A stretch of 49,568 bases of DNA, taken from positions 1 to 49,568 of the forward strand of contig JBKPQM010000039.1 in NCBI GenBank assembly GCA_046734095.1, written 5' to 3'. How positions within the stretch are numbered: position 1 is the stretch's first letter; each line of letters starts with the position of its first letter. The stretch comes from Actinomycetota bacterium (lineage in GTDB: Bacteria > Actinomycetota > Actinomycetes > Mycobacteriales > Jatrophihabitantaceae). This document shows positions 1 through 8,684 of the stretch, piece by piece. Position numbers and translations under genes: made by a program. The notes beneath the pieces were generated by a model. That model saw nothing but the letters and a program-made list of their open reading frames with translations, ran no database searches and was not told the DNA's origin.

Positions 1-4
1 CGAC

Positions 5-1519
5 GTGCCTACTCTGCCCACCGGCCAAGACAGCGCCGGGTTCGGTGGGGCCCGCATCGACGGTCTTGGGCTCATGACCGGGCACGGCGACGGGGCCGGC
101 GGCATCCAATTGCAAGCCAGCGTCAACAACATGCAAATGACGAACAACGTGCTGGAGAACAACGGCGGAGTCTTCGCCGGAGGCATCGGCATCGGTCAGC
201 CGTTCGTGCACGCGAGCCACAACTACAACGTGCGGGTCGCCAACGATCGGCTGATCGGCAATGGCGGGCTGACCTCGTCCGGTGGTCTGGGGATCTTCTA
301 CGGATCCAACAACTATGACGTGGCGAACAGCATCTTCTGCTCGAACTTCGGCGTCGAGTACGGCGGTGGGCTCTCGCACATCGGGCTCAGCCCCGGCGGC
401 AACATCCACGACAACAAGATCTACTACAACGAGGCCGTCGACAGCGGCGGCGGGATCGCGATCGAAGGCGAACTGGTCGTCGGCGGTGGCACACTGAGCG
501 CCGGGTCCGGGTCGGTCAACGTCGACCGCAACCTGATCCAGAGCAACACCAGCACGCTCGACGACGGCGGCGGCATCTTCGTCCTCGACGCCCTCACGCA
601 GCCGATCAACATCCGCAACAACATGATCGTGGACAACCTTGCGGCGGATCTGGGTGGCGCGATCGCGCTCGACGACGCGTCGAACATGCGGATCGTCAAC
701 AACACGATCGCGAACAACGTGACCACGGGATCCTCGGAGAACTCCGCGATCGGAGTGCCGCACGGCGCCGGCCTGACCTCGGAGGCGAACGATCCACTGT
801 TCCAGGCGACACTTCCAGCCGGTGCGCCGGACTTCTCGAACCCGGTCGCGCTGTTCAACAACATCTTCTGGAACAACGACGCGATGACGCTCAGCCAGTT
901 CGGCCCGGGAGCGGCTCTGGTCGACAACGGCTTCATCGACTTCGAGATCCACGGCACGACCAATAACGCCGACACGTTCACCCCGCGCTACTCGACTCTG
1001 ACCAACGGCAACATCCTCGGACCGAATGGGGTGCAGCACGCGGTTCCGGGTGGTCAGGGCAACCGAATCGGTGAAGATCCGTTGTTCGTCGCGCCGTTCG
1101 TCAATGAGCTCGCGGTCGCCGGATCGCGCCTCGACCCGCAGCAGGCGGCGGTGACGATCACCGGTCAGGACCCGCCGGTCGGGCTGACGGGCGACTACCA
1201 CCTCACCGGCACGTCACCGGCCATCGACCGCGGTGTGCGTTGCTCGAACACGCCAGTCCCGGCGAACTTGACGGCTTGCGCGGCCGCGGCCGTCCCGGCA
1301 CCGACGGGGCCGCCGCTGCTGCCCCCGGGGAGTGTTGCGACCGGTAACCAGGGCGACTACGACGGGCAGTTCCGGCCGCAGCTGCGAACGCTGCGTCTGC
1401 TGACGCCATGGGATCTTGGCGCCGACGAGGTCCCCGGCGTGCCGATACCACTAGGCGGCCCGGCAGCGGCGGCGCTTGCACTTCCATCCATACCACCGGC
1501 CCGAGCTCGGATGGTCTGA
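5..1519 (+). CDS. Right-handed parallel beta-helix repeat protein (PbH1 / choice-of-anchor-Q-like), 5' end cut by the window edge
   Basis: Frame is open from the window edge. It shows repeated ~22-25 aa units such as NNVLENNGGVFAGGIGIG, NKIYYNEAVDSGGGIAIEG, NLIQSNTSTLDDGGGIFVLD, NNMIVDNLAADLGGAIALDD and NNTIANN. The C-terminal GDYHLTGTSPAIDRG ... WDLGADE is typical of beta-helix surface proteins. Stop TGA at 1517-1519. Confidence 0.7.
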   Translation: MPTLPTGQDSAGFGGARIDGLGLMTGHGDGAGGIQLQASVNNMQMTNNVLENNGGVFAGGIGIGQPFVHASHNYNVRVANDRLIGNGGLTSSGGLGIFYGSNNYDVANSIFCSNFGVEYGGGLSHIGLSPGGNIHDNKIYYNEAVDSGGGIAIEGELVVGGGTLSAGSGSVNVDRNLIQSNTSTLDDGGGIFVLDALTQPINIRNNMIVDNLAADLGGAIALDDASNMRIVNNTIANNVTTGSSENSAIGVPHGAGLTSEANDPLFQATLPAGAPDFSNPVALFNNIFWNNDAMTLSQFGPGAALVDNGFIDFEIHGTTNNADTFTPRYSTLTNGNILGPNGVQHAVPGGQGNRIGEDPLFVAPFVNELAVAGSRLDPQQAAVTITGQDPPVGLTGDYHLTGTSPAIDRGVRCSNTPVPANLTACAAAAVPAPTGPPLLPPGSVATGNQGDYDGQFRPQLRTLRLLTPWDLGADEVPGVPIPLGGPAAAALALPSIPPARARMV

Positions 1520-1556
1520 TCGGCGCCCCGGCGCCCGGCATCGAGAAGGGGGATCG

Positions 1557-2876
1557 ATGACCAGTCATCCAGGCATCGCCCGCCGCGACTTTCTAAAGGC
1601 TGCGGGGCTGGGCGCCGCCGGGGCGGTAGCCGTGGGGGCCGCGCTGCGGTCCGGGCTGTCGCGTCCCGCCTCGGCGGCCACGACGGCGCTCTCGCTGGTC
1701 GCCTCGGACGGGTACATGAGCGTGCCCGGCCGGGAAGGCAACCCCGTCTACATCTTCGGCTTCGTACCGGTCGACCCGACCCTGTCCGTCGACCAGCTCG
1801 AGGTGGCGTACAAGGGGCACACGAAGCACACCGCGCCGCATTTGAACTTCCGGCAGGACGACGACATCAAGATCACGCTGACGAATCTGGGGCTGGTGCA
1901 ACGGCCGGACCTCACCGACTCACACACGATCCACTGGCACGGTTTCGATATTCCGTCGCCCCTCAATGACGGCGTGCCTGAGGTGTCTATCGCGGTGCCC
2001 ATCGGCAAGCAGGTCACCTACTTCTACCGCCCGCACCGCGAGGGCACGTACATGTACCACTGCCACTTCGAGGACGTGGAACACGTGCAAATGGGCATGA
2101 CCGGGATCGTGTTCGTGCGTCCGCTACAGGATGTCAACGGCGCGGGCGCGGGCGTGCCGATCGCTCGCCAGGAGGGCGGAGCGTCGACGGCGCCGCTCGG
2201 CTACGCGTACAACGACGGCAACGGATCCACCGCCTACGACCGGCACTTCGCCATTTTGCTCAACGAGGTGTGGAAGAACTTCCACGATGGCGACCGCGAC
2301 ATTCAAGAGTCGATCGCTACCGACTACAACCCGCAGTGGTTCACCCTTAACGGCCGGTGCTATCCGCAAACCGTGCTGCCGAACGATGATCCTGCCCTGG
2401 CGGCCCCGATGCGGATCGCCACCCCGAACCCGAACTACAACAACGCTGTGGACTACAGCCAGCCCAACTCGGCGCTCATCCAGGTGAACCCGGGCGATCG
2501 CGTCCTGCTTCGCCTGGCCAACCTCGGGTATCAGCAGCACGCGATGCAACTGCCAGGTATACCGATGAAGGTTGTCGGGCAGGATGCGTCCTGGCTGGGC
2601 AAAGACGGTGTCGACAAGACGTACTTGACGAACACGCTCTATATCGGACCCGGTGAGGCCCGCGACGTGCTGTTCACCGCTCCCGCCTACAACTCGGCGC
2701 GCCCGTCGGGAACGGACGGCCGGGGCAGCTACAACGTCTACCTGTTCAAGAACCGAGACTGGCGCAGACTCTCCAATTTCGGGGCACCGCCCGGACCAGG
2801 GGGAATGCAAACCGAAGTTCGCGTGTACTCGACCGCGCTTCCCGCCCAGAGCAACGTGAGCCAGACCTATGTCTGA
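1557..2876 (+). CDS. Tat-exported multicopper oxidase family protein (MCO-1), Cu ligands only in the N-terminal cupredoxin domain
   Basis: ATG at 1557 is preceded by GAGAAGGGGGA. Twin-arginine signal is SHPGIARRDFLKAAGLGAAGAVAVGAA. HWHG lies at 1932-1943 and YHCHFEDVEHVQMGM at 2055-2099. The C-terminal domain has only a degenerate QQHAMQLPG. Confidence 0.85.
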   Translation: MTSHPGIARRDFLKAAGLGAAGAVAVGAALRSGLSRPASAATTALSLVASDGYMSVPGREGNPVYIFGFVPVDPTLSVDQLEVAYKGHTKHTAPHLNFRQDDDIKITLTNLGLVQRPDLTDSHTIHWHGFDIPSPLNDGVPEVSIAVPIGKQVTYFYRPHREGTYMYHCHFEDVEHVQMGMTGIVFVRPLQDVNGAGAGVPIARQEGGASTAPLGYAYNDGNGSTAYDRHFAILLNEVWKNFHDGDRDIQESIATDYNPQWFTLNGRCYPQTVLPNDDPALAAPMRIATPNPNYNNAVDYSQPNSALIQVNPGDRVLLRLANLGYQQHAMQLPGIPMKVVGQDASWLGKDGVDKTYLTNTLYIGPGEARDVLFTAPAYNSARPSGTDGRGSYNVYLFKNRDWRRLSNFGAPPGPGGMQTEVRVYSTALPAQSNVSQTYV

Positions 2877-4917
2877 GCAGGCGACCGCGCGCCGCGGAAA
2901 GAAGAGCACAATGACGCACAAGATGTGGCGCCTGGGGGCGGTTCTGGCGCTCGCCGCCGGCTCGCTGTTCGCCGTGGCCGGGCACGGGTCGGCACTACCG
3001 CCCGGCGCCAAGGTGGGCATGGTCTGCCCGGACCCGGTCGCCGGCGCCACGCAGACCTTCAACCTGGAGACAAAAACCGGCTACATCGAAACGCCCGATG
3101 GCAACAGCGTCTTCATGTGGAGCTACGACGACCCGGGCGTGAACGGCGGTCGCTTCCAGAGCCCCGGCCCGGTTCTATGCGCCAGGCAGGGACAGACGAT
3201 CGTTGTCAACCTGACGAACCACCTGCCGGAGCCGGCCTCCGTCGTCTTTCCAGGACAGCAGAACGTGACCACGACCGGGGGCACGCCTGGCCTGCTGACG
3301 ACGGAGGCTGCCTCCAACGGCGGCACCGTGACCTACACCTTCACTGCATCGAACCCGGGCACGTACCTCTATGAGAGCGGCTCAAATGTCGCGAAGCAGG
3401 TCGAGATGGGTCTGTACGGCGCCCTGGTCATCAGGCCGAGTGCCGGCGCCAACTTCGCCTACGGTGCATCCACGACGCAGTTCGACCCGAGCCGCGAGTA
3501 CCTAGCACTGCTCGCCGACATCGATCCGTTCCTGCACCACGCGGTGGAGACCGGCACCACGTACAACTTCAACGGGCGCGACAACCGGTACTTCACGATC
3601 AACGGGCGTAGCTTCCCGGACACGATCCAGGACAACGGGTCGGGCTTGCTACCGAACCAGCCGTACGGAGCGCTCGTGCGCATCCAACCGAACACCCCGA
3701 CCAACACGCTGCCGGGCCTGATCCGGATGGTCAACGCCGGCGTGGACAATCACCCGTTCCACCCGCACGGCAACCACACGACCCAGATCGCCCAGGACGG
3801 CAGCCTGCTGACCAGCCCCGGTGGCACCCCGGCGTTCACGGAGCATTTCGGCGAGACGATCGCAGCCGGGCAGACCGAGGACTTCCTGCTGCGCTGGGAC
3901 GACACCGACAAGTGGGATCCGGGAACGAACCCCCTGCCCGTGCCGCCGCCGAACTACCGGGACGTGGCCTTCAAGGACGCCAACACCTGGTACAGCGGCA
4001 GCCCGTACCTCGGCTACAAGGGAACACTGCCGGCCGGCACGACGACGCAAAACATCTGCGGCGAGTGGTATTTCCCGTGGCACAGCCACGCACTGAACGA
4101 GTTCACCAACTTCGACGAGGGCTTCGGCGGCATGGGAACACTGTTGCGCGTCGATCCGCCGGGCGGCTGCTTCACCACCGCCGCGTCGACGGCGATTCTC
4201 AGCGGCGTGTTGAAGAGCGGCTCGGCGTCGGCGTTGGCCGTGGATGACGCCAACTACTACCAGGTCAACCCGCGCACCACGACCCGTCCGACGGCGACGA
4301 CCGCAGTGCAACCGACCATCACGGTCGCCTCGGCGGCCGGCTTCCCGACGACGCCGGGCTACTACATCCGCATCGACAACGAGGTCATGCAGGTCACTGC
4401 CGGGCAGGGTACGACGACCTGGACGGTCGCGCGGGGGCAGCTCGGCACCGCGGCCGCCACGCACGCCGCCGGCGCGATCATTACCGCGTTGGCCAACGAC
4501 TGGTACGGCTCGTTCAGCGGCGTGCGGGCCGGATCGACGAACCTGAGGGTGACGTACAAGGGCAAGAACTGCGGCAACACCACTGGCGCGATCTGCGCCG
4601 CGCTGACGACAAACCTGCCGCAGCAGACGGTCAAGATCTGCAACTGGACGATTCCGCTTGCAGCCAACTGCAACAGCGCGGCATCGCCCGGATGGGTGAC
4701 CTTGCCGGCACCGCCGGCCAACCCGCAGGCCGTCGGCTCAACCGAGCCGCCCGCCTCGACCTGGACCCCGCCCGGTTCCGCCAGCCAGTACATCGGCACC
4801 GGGGCGTTCAACGGCCAGGTCCGGGTACTCATCCACAACCAGCGCTGGACGGCTCCAAACCCGACGGCGTTCTCGACGTGGGGGAACCTGCTGGCCCTCA
4901 CCTACGACGCGCCGTGA
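2869..4917 (+). CDS. Secreted multicopper oxidase family protein (MCO-2) with Cu ligands only in the second cupredoxin domain, plus a ~250-aa C-terminal extension
   Basis: ATG at 2869 overlaps the MCO-1 stop (2874-2876) by 8 nt. Signal-like N-terminus is RRGKKSTMTHKMWRLGAVLALAAGSLFAVAGHG. HPFHPHG lies at 3751-3771 and WHSH at 4078-4089. An alternative start is ATG 2911. Confidence 0.8.
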   Translation: MSEQATARRGKKSTMTHKMWRLGAVLALAAGSLFAVAGHGSALPPGAKVGMVCPDPVAGATQTFNLETKTGYIETPDGNSVFMWSYDDPGVNGGRFQSPGPVLCARQGQTIVVNLTNHLPEPASVVFPGQQNVTTTGGTPGLLTTEAASNGGTVTYTFTASNPGTYLYESGSNVAKQVEMGLYGALVIRPSAGANFAYGASTTQFDPSREYLALLADIDPFLHHAVETGTTYNFNGRDNRYFTINGRSFPDTIQDNGSGLLPNQPYGALVRIQPNTPTNTLPGLIRMVNAGVDNHPFHPHGNHTTQIAQDGSLLTSPGGTPAFTEHFGETIAAGQTEDFLLRWDDTDKWDPGTNPLPVPPPNYRDVAFKDANTWYSGSPYLGYKGTLPAGTTTQNICGEWYFPWHSHALNEFTNFDEGFGGMGTLLRVDPPGGCFTTAASTAILSGVLKSGSASALAVDDANYYQVNPRTTTRPTATTAVQPTITVASAAGFPTTPGYYIRIDNEVMQVTAGQGTTTWTVARGQLGTAAATHAAGAIITALANDWYGSFSGVRAGSTNLRVTYKGKNCGNTTGAICAALTTNLPQQTVKICNWTIPLAANCNSAASPGWVTLPAPPANPQAVGSTEPPASTWTPPGSASQYIGTGAFNGQVRVLIHNQRWTAPNPTAFSTWGNLLALTYDAP

Positions 4918-4943
4918 GCACCGAGGCGAAGGAGACAGTGGCG

Positions 4944-5924
4944 ATGAGCAAGTTTGCAGCCATGAAGCCGCGGTTGCCTCGACTGACCAAGGCGCTGGCC
5001 GTACTGATCATGATCTCAGCCGGCGTTGTCGCGGCCGGTTCGAGCGCCTCGGCCGCGCCCGTCACGATCAACCTGTGCGCCGAGCCAGGCACGGCGACGC
5101 TCACCGGCGCCGTGAGTGTGCCGATCTGGGGATTCCACACCGGCGCCTGCGGATCGGCTGCAGCGACCCTGCCCGGTCCGCAGTTGGTGGTGAACGAAGG
5201 TGACACGGTCACAGTCAACATCACCAACGGTTTGCCGGCCGGGCACACGCTGACTTTCGAGATCCCGGGCGTCACCTTCAATGCAGGCCCCACCGACATC
5301 GCGGCCGGCTCATCGGGCAGTGTGTCGTTCACGGCCAGCGCGCCCGGGACGTACCTGTACCAGGCCGGGGGCACCCAGGGGCGGCAGGCGGCGATGGGAC
5401 TCGCCGGCGCCTTGGTCGTCAACTCGGCAACCGCCGGCCAGGCGTACGACAACCCGGCGACGATCTATGACGCTCAGGCGACGCTGGTGCTGGGAGCCGT
5501 GGACCCGAATTTCAACGCCGCGCCTGACACCTTCGACATGTACGGCTATCAGGCGACGTACTGGCTGATCAACGGCAAGGCGTACCCGGATACCGCGGGG
5601 ATTATCGCGGCACCGACCCAGCGGCTGCTTCTCCGTTATGTCAACGCCGGCTTCGACAACACGTCGATGGCGTTGCTTGGCATGCACGAGAAAGTGGTCG
5701 CGCGGGATGCCCACTTGCTGAACAACCCGTTCGACGCCAACGCCGAGACGATCCCGGCCGGTGCCACCGAGGATGCCATCGCAACCGTGCCGAGCGGTCA
5801 GGCGCCCAGCTCGCACGGATTCCCCTTGTACAACCGGCAATTGCACGTAACGAACGGAGACCAGACCGGGCCCAGTCCGACGCCGGCCACCGGTGGCGGC
5901 ATGTTGACCTTCATCCATCCTTAG
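4944..5924 (+). CDS. Secreted cupredoxin / MCO-like protein (MCO-3) lacking recognisable copper-ligand motifs
   Basis: ATG at 4944 follows GAAGGAGAC. Signal peptide is MSKFAAMKPRLPRLTKALAVLIMISAGVVAAGSSASA. The scaffold is paralogous to MCO-2 (VTVNITNGLPAGHTLTFEIPG, GTYLYQAGG...AAMGLAGALVV). I found no HxH pairs. Confidence 0.65.
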   Translation: MSKFAAMKPRLPRLTKALAVLIMISAGVVAAGSSASAAPVTINLCAEPGTATLTGAVSVPIWGFHTGACGSAAATLPGPQLVVNEGDTVTVNITNGLPAGHTLTFEIPGVTFNAGPTDIAAGSSGSVSFTASAPGTYLYQAGGTQGRQAAMGLAGALVVNSATAGQAYDNPATIYDAQATLVLGAVDPNFNAAPDTFDMYGYQATYWLINGKAYPDTAGIIAAPTQRLLLRYVNAGFDNTSMALLGMHEKVVARDAHLLNNPFDANAETIPAGATEDAIATVPSGQAPSSHGFPLYNRQLHVTNGDQTGPSPTPATGGGMLTFIHP

Positions 5925-5934
5925 GGGCCCGTCA

Positions 5935-6477
5935 GTGAGCGGACGAGCAACCCTAGAGCCCGCGCCGGCGGTCCCCCCGCCGCCGCGCGCGGGGTACCTC
6001 ACCTCTCGCCGGATCCGGCTGCTCGGCGCCATCACCGGCGTCGTCGTCGTGGCCCTCGTCACGTCGCTCGTGCTCTGGCTGACCCGCGACACGCCGTCGA
6101 ACCGGGCCGAGGTGAAGGTGCCCGCATCGTGGGCCCGTCCCGTCGTCAGCGCGGCGGGCCTCGTCGACCGCAGCGGCGTCAAGATCACGCAGGTAGCGGT
6201 CACCGGGGGTGGAGGGCTGGTTGACCTGCGCTTCCAGGTGATCGACCCGGACAAGGCGAACGCCCTGCATGACGCGGCGACACCGCCGGCGGTCGTGGAC
6301 GAACGCACCGGGTTGGTCGTGCACGACCTGCTCATGAGCCACTCGCACACCGGGGCGTTCAAGCCTGGGGTCACGTACTACTACGTGTTCAACAACCCGG
6401 GTGAATTCGTCCAACGCGGTGCCCGGGTGGTCGTGATGCTCGGCAACGCGCAAGTCGAGCACGTGAAGGTGCGATGA
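5935..6477 (+). CDS. Hypothetical single-pass membrane-anchored protein
   Basis: GTG start lies 10 nt after the MCO-3 stop. It has one hydrophobic segment (LLGAITGVVVVALVTSLVLWL) followed by a ~125-aa extracytoplasmic domain containing LLMSHSHTG. Its stop overlaps the next start (ATGA at 6474-6477). Confidence 0.5.
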   Translation: MSGRATLEPAPAVPPPPRAGYLTSRRIRLLGAITGVVVVALVTSLVLWLTRDTPSNRAEVKVPASWARPVVSAAGLVDRSGVKITQVAVTGGGGLVDLRFQVIDPDKANALHDAATPPAVVDERTGLVVHDLLMSHSHTGAFKPGVTYYYVFNNPGEFVQRGARVVVMLGNAQVEHVKVR

Positions 6478-8675
6478 AACGTCTCGCTCTGGTATTGGCG
6501 CTTATGGGCGCCGTTCTGGTCGCGCCGCCGGCCGGGGCGTCGGCCCGGCCGGCGTTCGTCGACGTGGTGGTGGTGCTGAAGTCGCAAGCGAACGTGGCCG
6601 GCGTGCACGCGCCGACCCGCGCGGCCCGACTGGCGGCCGTCGAGCGCGCGCTGCGCGATCAGGCGGCCCGGACCCAATACGGCGTCCTTCGGCTGCTGGC
6701 TCAACGGCCGGACTCGGTCGCCGCGGTCACGCCGCTGTGGATCGCGAACGCCATCGAGGTGAAGGCAACGCCGGATGTGATTCGCGAGGTAGCCGCCCGA
6801 CCCGAGGTGGCTGCGGTGCAACCGAACGCTACGATCCAGGCTCCGGCGGCCGTGACGAGCAGCGCCGCCGAGCCGAACCTCGACGTCGTGAACGCCCCTG
6901 ATCTGTGGGACCTGGGATACCGCGGTCAGGGCGTCGTCGTCGCGAGCATGGACACCGGCGTGGACGCCACGCATCCTGATCTGTCCGGGTCCTGGCGCGG
7001 CGGCTCGAACAGCTGGTACGACCCGAACGGCCAGCACACGACACCGACTGACGTGAACGGACACGGCACCCAGACGACGGGCGTGATGGTCGGCGGCGCC
7101 GCCGGCGGCACGTCGATCGGCCTGGCACCGGATGCGAAGTGGATCGCAGTCAAGATCTTCAACGATAGCGGCCAGGCCACGACGAGCCGCATCCACCAAG
7201 GGTTCCAGTGGCTGCTCGACCCGGACGGCAACCCGAGTACGCCGGATGCGCCGAACGTGGTCAACAATTCGTGGACGATGTCGACCGCCAGCTGCGCGCT
7301 GGACTTCCAGCTCGACCTGCGCAGCCTGCGCGCGGCCGGCATCCTGCCGGTGTTCGCGGCCGGCAACAACGGTCCGACCGTCGGGACGGTGATGAGCCCG
7401 GCTAATCTGCCTGAGGCTTTCGCCGTCGGCGGCACCGATAACTCGGACGCGATCTACCCCTACAGCAGCCGCGGCCCGTCGTCGTGCGCCGGCGCGACCG
7501 CTCCGGCGCTCGCCGCGCCCGCCACGAACGTGCGCACGAGCGACCTCTACGGCGGCTACGTAACCGATACAGGCACTTCGATGGCCGCCCCCCACGTGTC
7601 GGGCGCGCTTGCTCTTCTGCTGAGCGCGGTGCCGGGTCTGTCCGCGGACCAGCAGGCAGCTGCCCTGGAGGGCAGTGCTGTCGATCTGGGCGCGGCTGGT
7701 CTCGACAACAACTTCGGCTACGGCCGGTTGGACGTCCTCGCCGCCTACCATCGGGTCGCGACGACCCCTGACTACACGGTGGGTGTGTCACCGTCTTCGG
7801 TCACGGTCGCTGCCGGTGGCCAGGCTTCCTACGCGGTGACGGTGACCGGCGTCAACGGCTTCATCGGCGATGTCGCGCTATCGCTCAGCGGATTGCCGTC
7901 GTCGGTGGGGTCGGCGACGTTCAGCCCAGCTGTAGTTTCCGCTGCCGGCACGTCGCAGCTGAATGTGACGACACTCGCGAGCGCGCCGCCGGGCACGTAT
8001 CCGCTGACGATCACCGGCACTAGCGGGACGACCACCCACACGGCCACGGCGACCCTCGTCATCCCGCAGCCCCCGAACTTCAGCTTTGGCGTCACGCCGA
8101 CCACGCGGACGGTCAGCTCCGGCTCGGCCGCCGCATACACCGTCTCGGTTGGATCGCTGAACGGGTTCACCGGTGACGTCGCCTTGTCGCTCAGCGGGTT
8201 GCCGGCGTCGGTCGGGTCGGCGACATTCAGCCCGGCGACCGTGGCCGGAGCCGGCAGTTCGCAGCTCACCGTGACGACGCTCGGGACTGCTCCGGGCGGC
8301 ACCTACCAGCTCACGATCACCGGCACGAGTGCCGGGATCACCCATACCGCCACGGTCAGCCTCACCGTGCAGGCGCGTGACTTCACCCTGTCGGCGACGC
8401 CACAATCGATCACGGTCACCCGCGGGCTGACCGCCTCATACAGCGTGGCTGTAGGAGTGGTCAACGGCTTCACCGGTAATGTCACGCTGTCGCTGAGCGG
8501 AGCGCCAAGCGGCTCCATCGCGTCGTGGTCGGCCAACCCGGTCGCCGCGCCGGGGACTTCGACGCTGCGCATCCGCACCACCGGGTCCACCTTGCGGGGG
8601 ACGTTCACCGTGCGGGTGACCGGCAAGAACGGCACGCTCGTCCACCAGGTGAGCGTGACCTTGATCGTCCGGTAG
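6474..8675 (+). CDS. S8 family (subtilisin-like) serine peptidase with a propeptide and three C-terminal Ig-like repeats
   Basis: Signal peptide is MKRLALVLALMGAVLVAPPAGASA. The catalytic triad motifs are VVVASMDTGVD (Asp), NGHGTQTTG (His) and GTSMAAPHVSGA (Ser). The N-terminal region looks like an I9 inhibitor propeptide. Confidence 0.9.
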   Translation: MKRLALVLALMGAVLVAPPAGASARPAFVDVVVVLKSQANVAGVHAPTRAARLAAVERALRDQAARTQYGVLRLLAQRPDSVAAVTPLWIANAIEVKATPDVIREVAARPEVAAVQPNATIQAPAAVTSSAAEPNLDVVNAPDLWDLGYRGQGVVVASMDTGVDATHPDLSGSWRGGSNSWYDPNGQHTTPTDVNGHGTQTTGVMVGGAAGGTSIGLAPDAKWIAVKIFNDSGQATTSRIHQGFQWLLDPDGNPSTPDAPNVVNNSWTMSTASCALDFQLDLRSLRAAGILPVFAAGNNGPTVGTVMSPANLPEAFAVGGTDNSDAIYPYSSRGPSSCAGATAPALAAPATNVRTSDLYGGYVTDTGTSMAAPHVSGALALLLSAVPGLSADQQAAALEGSAVDLGAAGLDNNFGYGRLDVLAAYHRVATTPDYTVGVSPSSVTVAAGGQASYAVTVTGVNGFIGDVALSLSGLPSSVGSATFSPAVVSAAGTSQLNVTTLASAPPGTYPLTITGTSGTTTHTATATLVIPQPPNFSFGVTPTTRTVSSGSAAAYTVSVGSLNGFTGDVALSLSGLPASVGSATFSPATVAGAGSSQLTVTTLGTAPGGTYQLTITGTSAGITHTATVSLTVQARDFTLSATPQSITVTRGLTASYSVAVGVVNGFTGNVTLSLSGAPSGSIASWSANPVAAPGTSTLRIRTTGSTLRGTFTVRVTGKNGTLVHQVSVTLIVR
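7767..8672 (+). repeat. Three tandem ~100-aa (about 300-bp) domain repeats inside the S8 peptidase
   Basis: Units are 7767-8069, 8070-8375 and 8376-8672. Shared motifs are NGF(I/T)G(D/N)V(A/T)LSLSG(L/A)P and TxTGTS...H(T/Q)...L(V/T)(I/V). Units 1 and 2 are also clearly similar at the DNA level. Confidence 0.75.
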
Positions 8676-8684
8676 CAGCCGGTC

